From Haliotis cracherodii (Eukaryota), in contig NW_027266270.1 of NCBI RefSeq assembly GCF_022045235.1, positions 11,842,001 through 11,906,000 on the forward strand: a stretch of DNA of 64,000 nucleotides. Direction: 5' to 3'. Both the position numbers and the translations under genes were made by a program. Position 1 is the first letter of the stretch; each line of letters starts with the position of its first letter. Shown piece by piece: positions 49,461 to 63,169 of the stretch. Below the pieces are notes generated by a model. It did no database searches, was not told where the DNA came from, and worked only from the letters and a program-made list of their open reading frames with translations.

Positions 49461-49793
49461 AGTGAGGTGTAAATTGGGTTTAAAGTTGCATCCAAGATTA
49501 TTGCACTTATATAGAGACATGCATGCACGTGTGTGTGTGGCTGCTTGTACTAGTCCGGGCTGTTGTCGATTCATAGTGCCAGCACACTGGGCTACCATGC
49601 TGCAGTTTAACATAAATACCCCACTCAGACGCAGGAAACTGACTCCGAGCCGACCAGTCCTTGTTTAAGCCCCTTAATGCCGAGCGCCAGACAGGGTAAC
49701 AACAAGTACCATCTTTTAACCCCTTTTGGTATGATGCGGATCAAACCCCGGACGTTCCGCTCTCTGAGTGAACACTAGACCACGGAGGTGGTC
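49461..49793 (-). mobile_element. SINE family C in the ONECUT intron
   Basis: Aligns to 18191-18528; perfect 12-bp TSD TGCTCTTGTACA (49449-49460, 49794-49805). Confidence 0.92.
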
Positions 49794-49856
49794 TGCTCTT
49801 GTACACACAACAAGCAGGCTATGTTATCGAAGTTACAATCACCATAGCCTTTAGAG

Positions 49857-50022
49857 TGAGTGAGTGTGTTTGGTTTTACGCCGCTTTTAGCACTATTCCA
49901 GCAATATAACGGCGGGGGACACCAGAAATGGGCTTCACACATTGTACCCATGTCGGGAGTCGAACCCAGGTCTTCTGCGTGACGAGCGAATGCTTTAACC
50001 ACTTGGCTACCCGACCACCCCT
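49857..50022 (-). mobile_element. SINE family A in the ONECUT intron
   Basis: Perfect 13-bp TSD ATAGCCTTTAGAG (49844-49856, 50023-50035). Confidence 0.93.
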
Positions 50023-53000
50023 ATAGCCTTTAGAGCACTTTGAACAACAGCACAATGGTCTCAAATTTTCAGAAGCGTGATACCAAGATGATTCTTGGAA
50101 TGGGATGTGGTATTGGTCATATCCAAAGACAGTTTTCATCCATATAGTATGTTACTTGGTGGTTTAAGGACCTCATGCTAATTTCCAGATTCTCGGATTA
50201 CATTATTGGCAAAGTCAATCATATTCTCTCCATTGAAGGGGAAATTCCCATACAACTCAATAGCCTCCCTGCCATGTGCGGTTTGTCAATAATCAGTGAT
50301 TACAATCAGCCAAGTTAATCCTGGCCAAGAGATTCATGTCAATTGACAACCACAGCTCCAACAATGATGGGTTTTACATGACATCTAAACATATCACTTT
50401 GGTAAGTCGAATTTCGGAAGAAATGTGCGAATCATTTGTTGGCAGTTATCACAGTTGAGGTAAAAAAGTTATTAGATGAAGGTGAGGATTGGTCTGTGAC
50501 TATTTGTTTATCTCTCATCGTTTAGCACTCGAGATCAATCTGGAAGTAGGATTAAGCTTAATTACGTTCAAGTTTTATGCGTTCGACATTCTCATCATTA
50601 ATGATTAATACTTATTGTATTTTATCAGCGAGTTTAGAGGAGGGGCTCGGAACAATTAAACACTGGATCAATTTGCTCAGCTTCGAGCTGAGTGATCGGG
50701 TTTCTCTGCGCAAACTCTGACCATACCAATGCAATTTACCGAGGGGTGGACTGCGTGACATGTGAGAGGTCTGTGTTGTGCTGGCAGCGCGTTGGGCAGG
50801 GGCTGAGGTCCAGGACGGGCTAAGCGATCTCGCCTCAAGCAGAGACTGCTAGAACAGCTGAGTATCTCCCAGGCTTAAGACAATAGCAAACAAGATCTCC
50901 CTCCCATCCTCTGTTTGTGCCTTTTCTTTCGGCCGATGGATTTATGGATTTTTCTCTCAACTCGGGGAGATCGGGGGAGATACTTAAGAACTTGTGCGAT
51001 CAATAACTGATTTCATTCATCTAGAAGGAAAAACTTGCCGATTTTTGTTTGCTCTTTGCTGACTCTGTGCGACCTTGCAGGCAGTAAAAACAGAGGCTTT
51101 CATCCCGGAGCATGCGCGTGAATAGCATGACGAGGCACCTCCCGCACCAGGTGACGGGTTCCCCCAGCATTACGTCAACCAGAATTGTTCCTTGGCTGCG
51201 GCCTGCTGCGATAACGGTCCGCTCGTCAAATATGTGCTCTATAAATTCTCCTCAACAATTCTCAAGAGCAAAATCTTCAGCAAAGGAAAGAATTGTTGAA
51301 ACACTTCAATGGAGAAAATGAAGTCTAAATCTGTCTCTTTTAATTTTGTTCCGTTACCTTCTTGTCAACACAGTTTCTATTGTGTTGCTGTGTTAAGTCA
51401 CTCACATCAAGCATCAGAGACATAAATAAACTTCAACCAGGGCCAATGGTTGGCTCCATTGCCAACTATGCTGCATGCAAGTCTGGACAATGGATGGAAA
51501 TTAGAAATGAGCCCCGCACACTAAGCCATCCTCTTTGTCTGCTTACTGTGTCAATGTTTAAAGAGAACTGGTTTCTATTTTGTATCTACGTTGGCGATGA
51601 TATTCACTATTTTCTCCAGCTTAGGTTAGCATGAATAAAACACTACAAACACCTTGCAAACGCACAAGCCATGAAGCAGTGAATAGATGCTTGAACAAAA
51701 AATATCCCTGGTTAACAAATTAATACTACAATGATCACCGCCAGCCACAATGGTTCGTCTTCAACTAACCAACAGCTCTCCAAGATAAATTACAACGCAG
51801 GCTCTCATCAATTTGCAACACCAGACACCATATCGGTCTGATGCCTATTTATAGCTTCATTAAATTCAAAACATTCTTCCAATAAAGAACCCAACAATAT
51901 TAATAAGCCTGTTTATATATCCAAGGCCTTTCAAAAACTAACACTTAAAAGCATAGGGAAACATGGCTGATGGAATCAATATCCAGTCTTAGTTTACAAT
52001 AAATCATGAGACTTGTACACGGTGCAGTATACAACCAGCAAGTCACATGGAATTGTAAGAGATGCTGTATAAGAAGATTCTGCCCGGACATCATATACTC
52101 AAAGGAGCAGATATAGTAATGCATCGTGGGTGTGGCCGATATGACTACTACTATTAGAGCTTTAATAATGGCATGTACAAGCCATATGCCCAACTCGTAA
52201 TTAAATCATTTTGCTACGTCCCAGCACGGCAGTGGCTTGGTTTTTATAACAGCCAATGTTCATGCTAATTTACTTTGGTAGAATAATTTTTCGAGAATTT
52301 GTATTAAATCGGCTTTATATTCCAGGGTTTATATTCTCAACATTTCCTGACAGGAGTTATAATATTAGATGTTCGTTGAAATACATCTGCCATGGAACAT
52401 AGGCATGTATGTGATACAGGAGCTAGAAAAGAGGCCAGTTATTCTGTGTGCAGATAAATTCTAAACAACAAAAATAAATGTAACTTAATAATTCCCTTAT
52501 AAAAATGTATTTTGCAGAATTCATTAAATCATTTCCTTAACTGCCATCCCCTTGGGCTTATTGGAAAATCAATGCACTGAAATGCCCGAAACAAGGAAAA
52601 GTCAAACTAAGAATGTCACACCCATGCACATATTCCTCAAAAAGGCAACAAGTGGTCTTAGTAAAGGCCCCTTTATCAATCTTGATTTCATTTTAACAAG
52701 TGTTGCATTTATTGGAATATTGACAACATAATTTGATACGTGCCTGGCCGACTGCTCAAGGGAACGTCCGGCCTCCAATCTTCAAAATGATTCTTTTTCA
52801 CATCAATCACTGGGAATGGTTCCTGCCATTGCACTTTGGACAGACGAAATAACTGTATTTACGCGCTTTCAGACAATTGTTACAAATGTGATTATAAATA
52901 GACCAACTCATAATTTGGCTGTGTGTTTACATTCAAATGTTATCAACATATTTTATAAAAGTACTGAAGCACTAGCTTTCCTATAAATTAATCAAACTCT

Positions 53001-53479
53001 TTTTCTTTACACAACATCGTACCATTTTACAACACAATTTTTCAATTAAACAACAACACACTTCTTGCCTCACACATCAGAACAACCATACAGACAGACA
53101 AAAGAAATGCCTCAAAATTTTCTAATCAACCCCATTTGAGGTCTGACCTCAGGAGGTCGCTGTGCAACAACATCGAAGTAGACCTTTGCAACACATATTC
53201 CCCTGATGAGTTAGGTTTAAAGTGGTTACATTTACTACAGCTCTTTCAAAATTTAATGATGTGTCACATCAGCTACCATCAAGTAAATTTGCCAGGGGAA
53301 TAGCATCAGTTTTCTCGACATTCTTTCATGTCTAAGCTTCAAAACAAAAAACATTTCACTATATTCGACAAGGGGCTGCGATGTATGTCAACGAAACCAC
53401 TGTGTCAAGCAATAGTTGAATAACCAATGAAGACAGTCGTATTGCTGCAATAAATGGATGAAATCAGCATACACCCTGC

Positions 53480-54200
53480 CCCAGCAAATCTCTTGGCATA
53501 AAACATTTTTCTTGAGTACTGCTAGGCACCGACCGAATCATCAGTGGAGTGGAAAGGCGAAGTGCATGAGCTTGCATTGTTTCTAACACTTGAATGGTTT
53601 CAGTTGGCACACCGAGCCAGGCAGGGAAGCTTAATCTCGTCATTACTGCAAGAGGCAAGTTTCAACCATCCTTCTCTTCAAACCGGTTCCTGGCTGGACT
53701 GCATTTTCGTACGCCTCATAAAGCTGTGCATTTATCTTAGACCAGCCTTCCTTTACCAGGGTGTGATTTAAAGGCTAGGAGACATATTAGCTGGAAGACA
53801 ACCTTCGATGGGGAAACTGGCTAGAGAATGGTGAACGGCTAGCACAAACGAAGGCTTATTCAGGTCGTTGCTTACAAAGCTTCTTTCTTGCTATGGAAAC
53901 GGTGAAACAATACTTAGCTATGGAGCCTGGGTTATTATAAACAACATGGCAGGATCTTTCTCAACCAGGTCATGAACAGGAAAAGGGTTGAGCACCAGAT
54001 GAGACATAGTAATTGCTCCTAGTTGAAAATGCTCAACTTTGGATATGGTATGTCCTGTATTTTCCCAGGCAGCACCGAGCCTTTCAGAATTTATTTGCAA
54101 AGAGAAAGCTAATTCAACGAAGTCTTCAGAACGCATAACCACTAATGCATGTTCCCGTCCAATTTTCCTGCAAAATGAAAGGCCTATGCTGGCTTAAGGA
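53480..54200 (-). pseudogene. Possible highly decayed LINE reverse-transcriptase remnant
   Basis: Minus-strand peptides in the expected order: ...CISGYA (YADD-like), LQINSERLGAAWENTGHTISK (LQ.DL..L..W....L.IN..K-like), SFPAWLGVPTETIQVLETMQAHALRL (Y..PVW.......LE.IQ..ALR-like). Broken by stops and frameshifts. Confidence 0.35.
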
Positions 54201-54726
54201 CGCATTGACATGGTGTGTTATTGCTGTGTTTAAATGCTTCAAGTACTCTCGGTATTCAGCTATATTTGCTTTGATTGTGAATAGAACATCGCCTATTACT
54301 CTCATCACAAGATTCGTTAGTTATCATGAACCATCCCTATCCAAAATAACACTGAAGGGAATACAAAAACTTCACTTTCATTCTCTTCATAAACCCGTAG
54401 CAAAGGAATCTTTCTCTTCCCTAGCAGTACAAAGCAATTAATTGTCTTTGTAAAATGAAGAAAATGAACATTTAACCTGAATTAATCCTTGCGATTTCAC
54501 TATATCAGGGCAATTGATCATAAATAACTCAAAAGAACCTGGGAATCAACCATTGGAAATGTGAACTTTTCAAACACAAGACTGTGAGATAGCCTTAGAT
54601 GACTAAACAAAGGTCAGTCCAAATCTACATAGTTACACATGCATGAAGATAATTACATTCTACTTCCGACTTCAAATAAAGCCGAGTTATGTCCCAATAA
54701 ACAGTAGGATCAATGATGCAAGAACG

Positions 54727-54820
54727 GAGTGAGAGAGTGAGTGAGTGAGTGAGGCTTTATTCCACTTTTAACCATATTCCACCAATGTCACACCAGGTCC
54801 TCCAGAAATGGGTTCACAGC
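54727..54820 (-). mobile_element. SINE A 3' fragment with (CACT)n tail
   Basis: (GAGT)n...CCACTTTTAACCATATTCCACCAATGTCAC...CCAGAAATGGG-TTCAC. Confidence 0.65.
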
Positions 54821-57800
54821 AAAACTAGATGTACAGGGAAGCTGTGGTGTAATAGGGAATCTTTAATACATGAACAACGCAGACTATCTGACTAACGTTA
54901 TCTCTTGTCACCGGCTGACGATATCTTGTCCACTTCCTTCAACACTGGGTACAAAAAAGCTGTCTGAGCTACCATAAAGCGATCAGGCTGAATACAAACT
55001 TACAGTAATTCCTTTCAAGTGGCAAGTTTTGCAATAGGAAAGCTTTGGAATGACTAAGACACTGGCCTGATCTGGAGGTCTGCTTTGAAAGAGCTAAACA
55101 TTCCTTCCTTGCATTGAAAGTTTTGTTTTAAGTTGATTGAAAATACCTTTTATCCTGAGCACAGTGATCAAAATTCCCCTCTTAAACCTGTTTCTATTTT
55201 CATAATTAATACACTGGGACACTACTTCACGATGAATAAACATCTGACAAATCTGTGATACAAACGTTAATATTTAATCTTACGTTGTAAGCACTGAGGA
55301 GAATATGTTGTCCAAAAGCATGTCCATAAGAGACAACGCCTTCATTTGAATAAAGGAATTCATTCAGGTACAAAGGCTCTTGGTAGTTGCACTGGTTTCC
55401 TGCAAGTTTTGTTTAATAAATATGCTTGGCTGTTTCCACATATGGTTCTAAGTTGAGTAACACAAATAGGAGGGTGGATGGTATTTGCTAGGGCTTGTTA
55501 AAAGCAGCTTGAAATAGCCCCATTAAGTAAACATGGACACCATGGACAAAAGGACAGACGGTCTAATTCCCAACCTTCGCTTCGTTAGAGGATAATGAGG
55601 AATGAGACAGAACTTTGTCAAGCCTGTCTAATGAAGTGGGATAAAATAAACATGTGAAGGGAATTTGAGAATTTAATCTTGAATTTTTCAGGGTTATATT
55701 TGAGTAGAAACTTGCCTCGAGGTTTCCCGTTGCAAGAGAAAGGGTCAGATTTTATATCCTCCAACGGTTTCAAGCCCACATATCCGAGGGTTTAATCAGA
55801 AATGTTACTTGTGAGTTATAGCAGACAAAAATTGGTTTGACACGAAACACAGTGACAAGCAAAAAAAGAGAGACACCAAGTCAAACCCTTACTTTTTTTC
55901 TTAAGTAACTTTCCATTTTCCTGTCAATCAAAACTTAACTCCGAAAAAAATAATAACAGTTTTTTTAACTTTGTGTAGAAATATATAAATCAGAGATATC
56001 CAATATACTACAAGTTGTTATATTTAGGAGCAAGTCTGTAGCAAAAGAAATAAATCTGATCGTCTAACTGTGTGATTTACATCAGGCAATAAATCCATTG
56101 GCAATTTCTGTGTCCGAGACACTTTCAATGGGATCACACTGACTATAACGAAGAGAATTAGGCTTCAAATATACTTGAGTGCCGCCTCAGCTTTAGTGCC
56201 ATCGCCAACCGAAATGCTACATATTTTGACAATCAAGCATGGTAATAAAGGTCCCCTAATTCAATATTCGCCTCCATAATAACGCTGGCGCGTCGACAAA
56301 GCCCAAACATGGCGCCCCCTACCTAAGGTCCCGACCTGGCCCCTCTCATTGAGAAACTACAGCAAAATTCCATTTGAGAAAATTTCAGTGAATGTCGGTG
56401 TTTCATACACTCCCTCTTGCACAGCGGCCATCAATTCATTTGAGTACGATGCAGCATCCCCTCTCATAGATAAGTCATAATTTAGGGCTGACCCTCTGAT
56501 GGCATCGTCACCTCGGGGACAGAGTTTTTCACTTACAAGGTTAGCTGCCCCAAAATAACACCCTGTTACCGTCTTTTTCTTGATGTTGTTTGGATATCAC
56601 TCATCACGAGCTGTCCGATGTGATTAATGAGTGAATGTATTTGCACATATTACTTGTCCCCAAGGGGCTGTAAAACGGATCTCACCACATACATCGGACT
56701 CTCTTGGAGAAATTGAGGAAAATGCTAAAAAGTTCTATGTGCTTTTTAAGATGAAGGGAATTTGTAAATCAAGCAGAAAGACGGCAATAGAAATGGCTTG
56801 AAAGCTTTACGAACGATGAATAAGGCTTGCGAAAACTGCTGCTGACATTTTCATACAAGTTCAGGACAATAACATTTACATGACCACGGCTACCAAGACT
56901 TTACGTGACCACCACAACCATGCACTTACACAAGGCTGGCTAACCATCATTCCCCACAACCATCAAGTTGAATGCCAGACCCAAGCTACTTTGCAATTTT
57001 CAATACGAGCTTGTGTATCTTAGAAAATTGAAAAAACTCTCATAAAAAGAATTGTCCAACTTTAATGGGAAAAGAAACTCAAACAATATAATTACCCTAC
57101 ATGGGGTCCCTTTTAAAAATAGTTTAAGAACAGAGAACTAAAAGAAAGGCTTTTTGGTAAAAATTCTGCTGAGGTGTCAAATGCGTTCATTCCTAATTTC
57201 TATTAATACTTCAAATTTAACACTTAATGATAAATTGTTGAAAAAGACCACCAAAGCTTTTCTGTCATTGTCAATATTCTTCGCTGCCTCTAAAACAAAC
57301 CAGCATCTTGCCCCAACAGCCCGCTCAGTGCTGCCTAATGGCTTCTGGATACCAAATCAACAAAGCATGACGTCTCATCTATCCAACTATGTAGCTCTCC
57401 ATATCAAATTCACTGTTTGAAATGCTATGCGAGTTCTCATCTCGTTCACTGGCTTTGTGCATGAGACGGGACAGGACTGAGACAATGCTTGTGAGTCTAA
57501 CGGCAGGTAGCCTCGCACCGAGACAACAAGGCTTAATGATGACATTCTGCGTCACTAACCCTGGCATCACGCTCGCTGTTTACAATAGACTATCTTGTGG
57601 GATTTGCTTAATTACTTGCTGCAATGTCCGTAAGTATCATCCACCATGCTGTCATGTGTGGCTGCACCTTCGTTTAGAGTGGCAAAGCAAATACACAAGT
57701 TGAAGAATGTGTTCTGCTTTCTATTCCATATGATAAGTTCCTTTGAAGTTGTGGCCATTCAGAACATAGTTCTACAATAATACTTAGGTTTGGTTGTATG

Positions 57801-60141
57801 CAGGAGGCAAATTTAGGTTTCATCAAACAGCTATAAATATTTCTCACCAAAGTCACATCATTGTGTTGACAAATGTGGCTCTTGCATCTTTTCGAGATTT
57901 TTACATGGAATAAATAGGACCATAAATAATGCTTGCTGCAACCTCTCAAAATACTAGCACTTGTCATTGCATAATATCACGCTACAATAAGAAAGGAAGA
58001 TGATAATATGCTGGTTGGAAAGTAGTATTTAACGTTAGCTAACGCGTCTTGTCTAGAACGGAAACAAACAGAAGCTCGGCGGCAACGTGTTATAGCATCC
58101 TCATATACTCAAACTGATCTGGCAGAGAGAATCCTTGATGACTTCAGAAAATGCCAGATATTCTCTCGATGCATATTACATTGTATAATGTGCTCCAAGC
58201 ACACACGTTGTGCGGAAACGGACCGCAAGAGTTCGGGCCCAACAGACGCCATGGTTCCCTTTCACTTGCTTACATTAGCCACAAAATTCTGTTTACTCTC
58301 CGAACAAACATTTTTCTTTTGCCGGATTCGGTCTAAAGCCCTCTTCATTAAATGGCACTGTGAAAATAACACACACTAATCCCTTGCTGTATGCTTACTG
58401 CTAACAGATAATCATGCTAGTTTAGAACACTTCACACTACTAAGGCGTTTTCATTCAAAACGAAACGATGTAATATTTGGCTGACCAGTGCAATGAAATT
58501 TTCAATATTGCAATGAGCGATTACAAATTCATCATTGCATCTTAAAGTCTAACTTGTAGTTTTCCAGAAAAGTAGAGAACAAAACCTCTAAATTAAAATA
58601 AGGAACTTTTTCTTCTTTTCTAGGCATTGCAATTTCGCATGTAATCCTGTTCCCGGCACCTAAATCACATGTTCTGTTTGTTCAATTTCATGGTATTACG
58701 TGGAATTCCTAAGATGTGACAAAAAATGACAATAGCTCCACTCTTATCTTCAGAGATAAAGAGAATTTTCATGAAGAAAATCATTTTTGAACTTTTTTTA
58801 TGCTCCCAAATTGATTTTTAAACAGTGGGAAGGGATAGCTGACTTTGTTCCTTAATGGATATATGTGCAGAAACCATGTGACAATAAACCTACGCCATTA
58901 AGAGCCCATTGAAACAGTCACATAAACAGTAATTAATTTAGATTCACTTATCTTCAATCACCAAGAAAAAATGGAGCATCTGTAAAACTTTTGTACATCA
59001 ATTCAGAAACTTGACAAGTTAAATCATGTACATGGACTTGTATGAAAATGCAGTTGGACACACACCATAAATTCAACTTAAGATGGCGAAATGAGAAGAT
59101 GATCAACAAGCTTTATGAAAACATCACACAACCATCCCGAACACTATCTGAAACAGTTTGGTGGAAGTCAGCAACGGTAAGCATAAACAAACAAATGAAG
59201 TACTATCCAGTGAAGATGGCCACAAAAAAATCCAACATTGAAATAAATTAGTGTAAGATAATTGGTAATAAACTCCCACTGCAGTAACAAGTACACATAT
59301 CTTAATATTTTAAGAAATTTTGACATGCCAGTGCAACATGCTTCTATTAAAACTTACATACCCAATCAATTCAAACAGTATCTACTTCGGGTTTTGTTGA
59401 ATGTACAAAAGACATTATTTAACAGATATTGTTTAAGATATATATACACTAATAATAAATCACCATTGAATCAACCTGACAGGTATTGGGGGAATCAAGT
59501 CCACTCACATGCGTCCAATTTTACATCATTTAATCCAGGCAATCTGGCAAGTTAAATACAAGATGTTTTTCATCATTTACCAACCAAACTCACTATTTGC
59601 CAGCCATAAGATAGGGTTTAGTTCAGACAACCCCATTCTATGCAGGATTAATTGGATCGTTGGCCAGAGCATATTAAAATCATTACATATGCGGGTATTT
59701 TTTAAATTTAAATGAGAAATGCAAATTAATATTAACACATACTGCATGTGACATTGTCTGTCATACGCAGATTAAAATTCATGTTATCTTAGTAACATAT
59801 TTTCCATTCCCATCATAAAGATCCCCAGAGAGGCAACCCCCCCTAAGGATAAATAATTGAAAGCATCAAATATTTAAAGATGGTTTAAACCTTTGGGCTC
59901 ACCAGGTCTGTCACAGTTCAGGGCATTTCCCTTCTGGTATGAAAGAGGCTAGGTGTAGCTTTATTATACGTGGCCTTGAATAATTAAGTAGTGTTTAACA
60001 TTTTGACATATGGTCCAAATACTGTTTAGGAGTGCCATACAAGGGAACCTATTTGAAATTTGAACATTAGTATCTTCATACTACAAGGCATCCTGGGGAT
60101 GATGACTGTGTTATGGTTCAAAATATCTGTACAGGCTGTCC

Positions 60142-60432
60142 CTGTCACTGTTGCCATGGTAATTCTAATCTTTCAAATTTTTGATTTCACAGGTGATGAG
60201 AATTAAACCAACAGAAATAATGTGGATCAAAATATGTGAAAAGGTTATGCTGTCACTGTTGCTTTGGTTATTCTAATCGTTCAAATTTTGTATATCACAG
60301 GTGATGAGGAATTCATCAATAAGAAATGTTGTGAATCAAAACATTTGTTAAGATTATTCTGTCACTGTTTCTATGGTAACCCTGATCTAGATCAAAATTA
60401 GGTGATGAAAAATTCATCAACAGATATGTTGC
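60142..60432. repeat. Three diverged ~108-bp tandem units, each starting CTGTCACTGTT(G/T)C..TGGT
   Basis: Unit starts at ~60142, ~60250 and ~60359; all share TCAAA...AGGTGATGA...AATT..CAA. Confidence 0.75.
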
Positions 60433-60773
60433 TACAAAAATATTTATACAGTAGCCTTCTACATGCTGAGGTAATTTTAACATATCAAATTTTGGACTTG
60501 CTTGGATTTTTCTCTCTACTTCAACCTGGCTGTTCGTCACCTGTCCAGCACCAACATCACGCAATTAACGACAATTGTCGCATGTTGACACAGTCTCGTC
60601 AGTAGCTGAGAGTTAATGACGACGCCCTTTGTCTGAAGCACTAATACATTTATCAAGGCTGGATCTCTGTACCAGATCGGGAAGGGTCCCTCTAGCCCCT
60701 CGGGCTGACAAACACTAGATTGGTGACGACAGGTGAAAAACACCACGCTACGCATTCAAAGAATGAGGCTCTA

Positions 60774-60940
60774 CAGGGGTGGATATACAAATTCATTTTT
60801 TAGAATTACCACCTATTCCTATGGTGTGTGTGCTTCCTATTATACATACAAGTTTTCCTTTCACATTACAGATAAGATATTTTAGTAAGGAAATTACTGA
60901 AACAAAGGGCTTAAACCAACAGTGAGATATACCACCCCTG
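60774..60940. mobile_element. Possible MITE with CAGGGGTGG termini
   Basis: CAGGGGTGGATATA ... ATATACCACCCCTG inverted termini; no clear TSD. Confidence 0.4.
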
Positions 60941-63169
60941 GCTGAACAGGGACAAGTATAATTTATGACTGGGTATATGAAACTACAGAGAAACAAACAT
61001 CTGTGTGAGGTTCAGGTAGTGCTTTTGAGGCAGGATAGGGCAATTGTCAATAAACAATAGACAGTACGAAACTCATAAATTATTCATATTTTAAAAACAA
61101 ATTGGGGATATCCTTTAAAAGTTTATCACTGAATTTCAAAACAAGAAATCAGAAAACGTTGCCCATAAAAATGGATTATTAACCTCAACTAATGCTACCA
61201 TGTACCTCATCATTTCACCATCTTCTCTCAAGATACGATCAAGGGCAGAAATTCTGCGAATAAACTTGAAAAAAGACCCAGATACATTTAAACCCAAAAC
61301 TAATCTATTGTGCTAACATTTGAGGAGAAGAGACATACATATATACATAGTGACACTATTTTTATGGAAATTGTATTAAATATACCCATTTTTGTTTCAT
61401 TTATCTTAAAACAGCATTACCCATTTGGGTGTTGGTTTACTCGATGTCCAGTGAGAGGCTAACACACCTTTACAAAGTAACCAGGCTTTAATTGAATGAC
61501 CTTAGTAAGTTGGGATTAATCTGACCACACTGGAAGTACTAAAATATTCAATATGGTTCTGTTCTACCATGACAAAGGGAGTCCCTTGATAGCCCCACAA
61601 TGGCCATCATTTGAAGCTTTGAGAGATAACAGGGAAGGTTTTATCCAATAACGTTTATATTATATCTAATATTCTGCTTTCATTTCAGAGACTTTTTCAT
61701 ATTCCATATGCATTTAATTATGCAACATAAACGTGCAATTCAATTCTTGTATTATTGGGGGTAATTGTATAAATTTGGATTACGGAAAAGGTACTGCGAT
61801 GTATTAGCTGCTAAATTCGAAGGACTACCATGGAATTGATTGTGTCAAATCTTTCATATTATTCAATAAAATATGGGATAAAATTCGGAATTTTTATTCG
61901 AAGTTGACAAAGAACCCAGACCTGCATCAACACTTTGTGAATTACTTCTGTGAAACAGTCATATACAGCTGTCTTAGGGATTAATACCACAAAACATGAC
62001 CAAGAAATGAAATCAAAACAAAAATGGGAAAAAAAACTACATAAAATGGGTATGTTTGTGCCTTGTTTGGATAGAAAATTGTGGTATTAAATGACAAATA
62101 ATCAAATGCCATGCTTTCCTGGAGGTTTCAAATTTCCCATTTCAGTTAGACACACTGGTGGGCACAGCAGGGGGACCCTGTGAGGCCAGGGGAGGAGAGG
62201 CTTCAAGAACCTCTACATTCCCAATAGGTCACAGGACAAATGTATACACAAATCTACAAGCTTCTTCAATTCAAATACTGAATGGGCAATAAATAGACAA
62301 TTTGACACGTTTTTTCCCTGTTCAGCCAAACAAGCAAGTGTTGGTATGAAATTAGCACCTGTATGGGGCAACTGACACAAGAAATTAGCGAGACCCTCGG
62401 TAAAAGTCAGCTCCTCTAACAGAAAGCTATTCCTGGGCTCCTTTCAGGCAGTCGGGCCTCCTTCTTGGGTCAGAACCAGCTGATAACCGACTCGGGGAAG
62501 GAAATTAACTCAACGCTCACATTGCCAAAAATTACATCTGTAGGCTGTAGGCTGTAGCGGTAGGGTGAGGTGGCATGCATAATTAATAGGTCAGGAGCAA
62601 GGCCTGACTCGACCCAATGTAGGGACCATACCACTGCACGGCACCAGCTTCCCCAGGCTGGCCCAACAAAGAACATGCTTGATGCTATACAATTCTCGCC
62701 TTAGTCATGCTATGTTCTCAACCCAACGAAAGCCGCTATAAGAAAATAAATTACTCAATCATCCCCTTGAGCCTGGTAATATGAATTGGCGAGGTGATTT
62801 TGCGCCATCTTTGTTTTACTCCATGTGCAGGCTTGCGATGCTTTCCACGAGGATAAATGTTCCGGGTTTTAAACCATGAGCTTAATCCCTCATCAATTCT
62901 CAGCCACGTTTAACATCGTTATAACAATTCCTGTTCACGATCTTTCTCGGGGCTGAGCGGGTTTAGTTTAAGTCAAAAGGTTTTACGTCTAACTGATTTT
63001 CAATACATTAAGAAAGATACTTGAATATTCTACATACAAAGGTCTACTGGCCATAAATAACTATCATCATCCAACACTCACTTCACCACTACATCTTGAT
63101 CAAAACATCATAATCCCTATTGACTGTGTCACCATCCCACTTGAATCACTGTCGCCTACTGACCGGATC

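Noticed and set aside
43700-63000. ATCAAT/ATTGAT ONECUT-type motifs suggesting autoregulation
   Set aside because: An AT-rich hexamer expected often by chance; no enrichment can be shown by eye.
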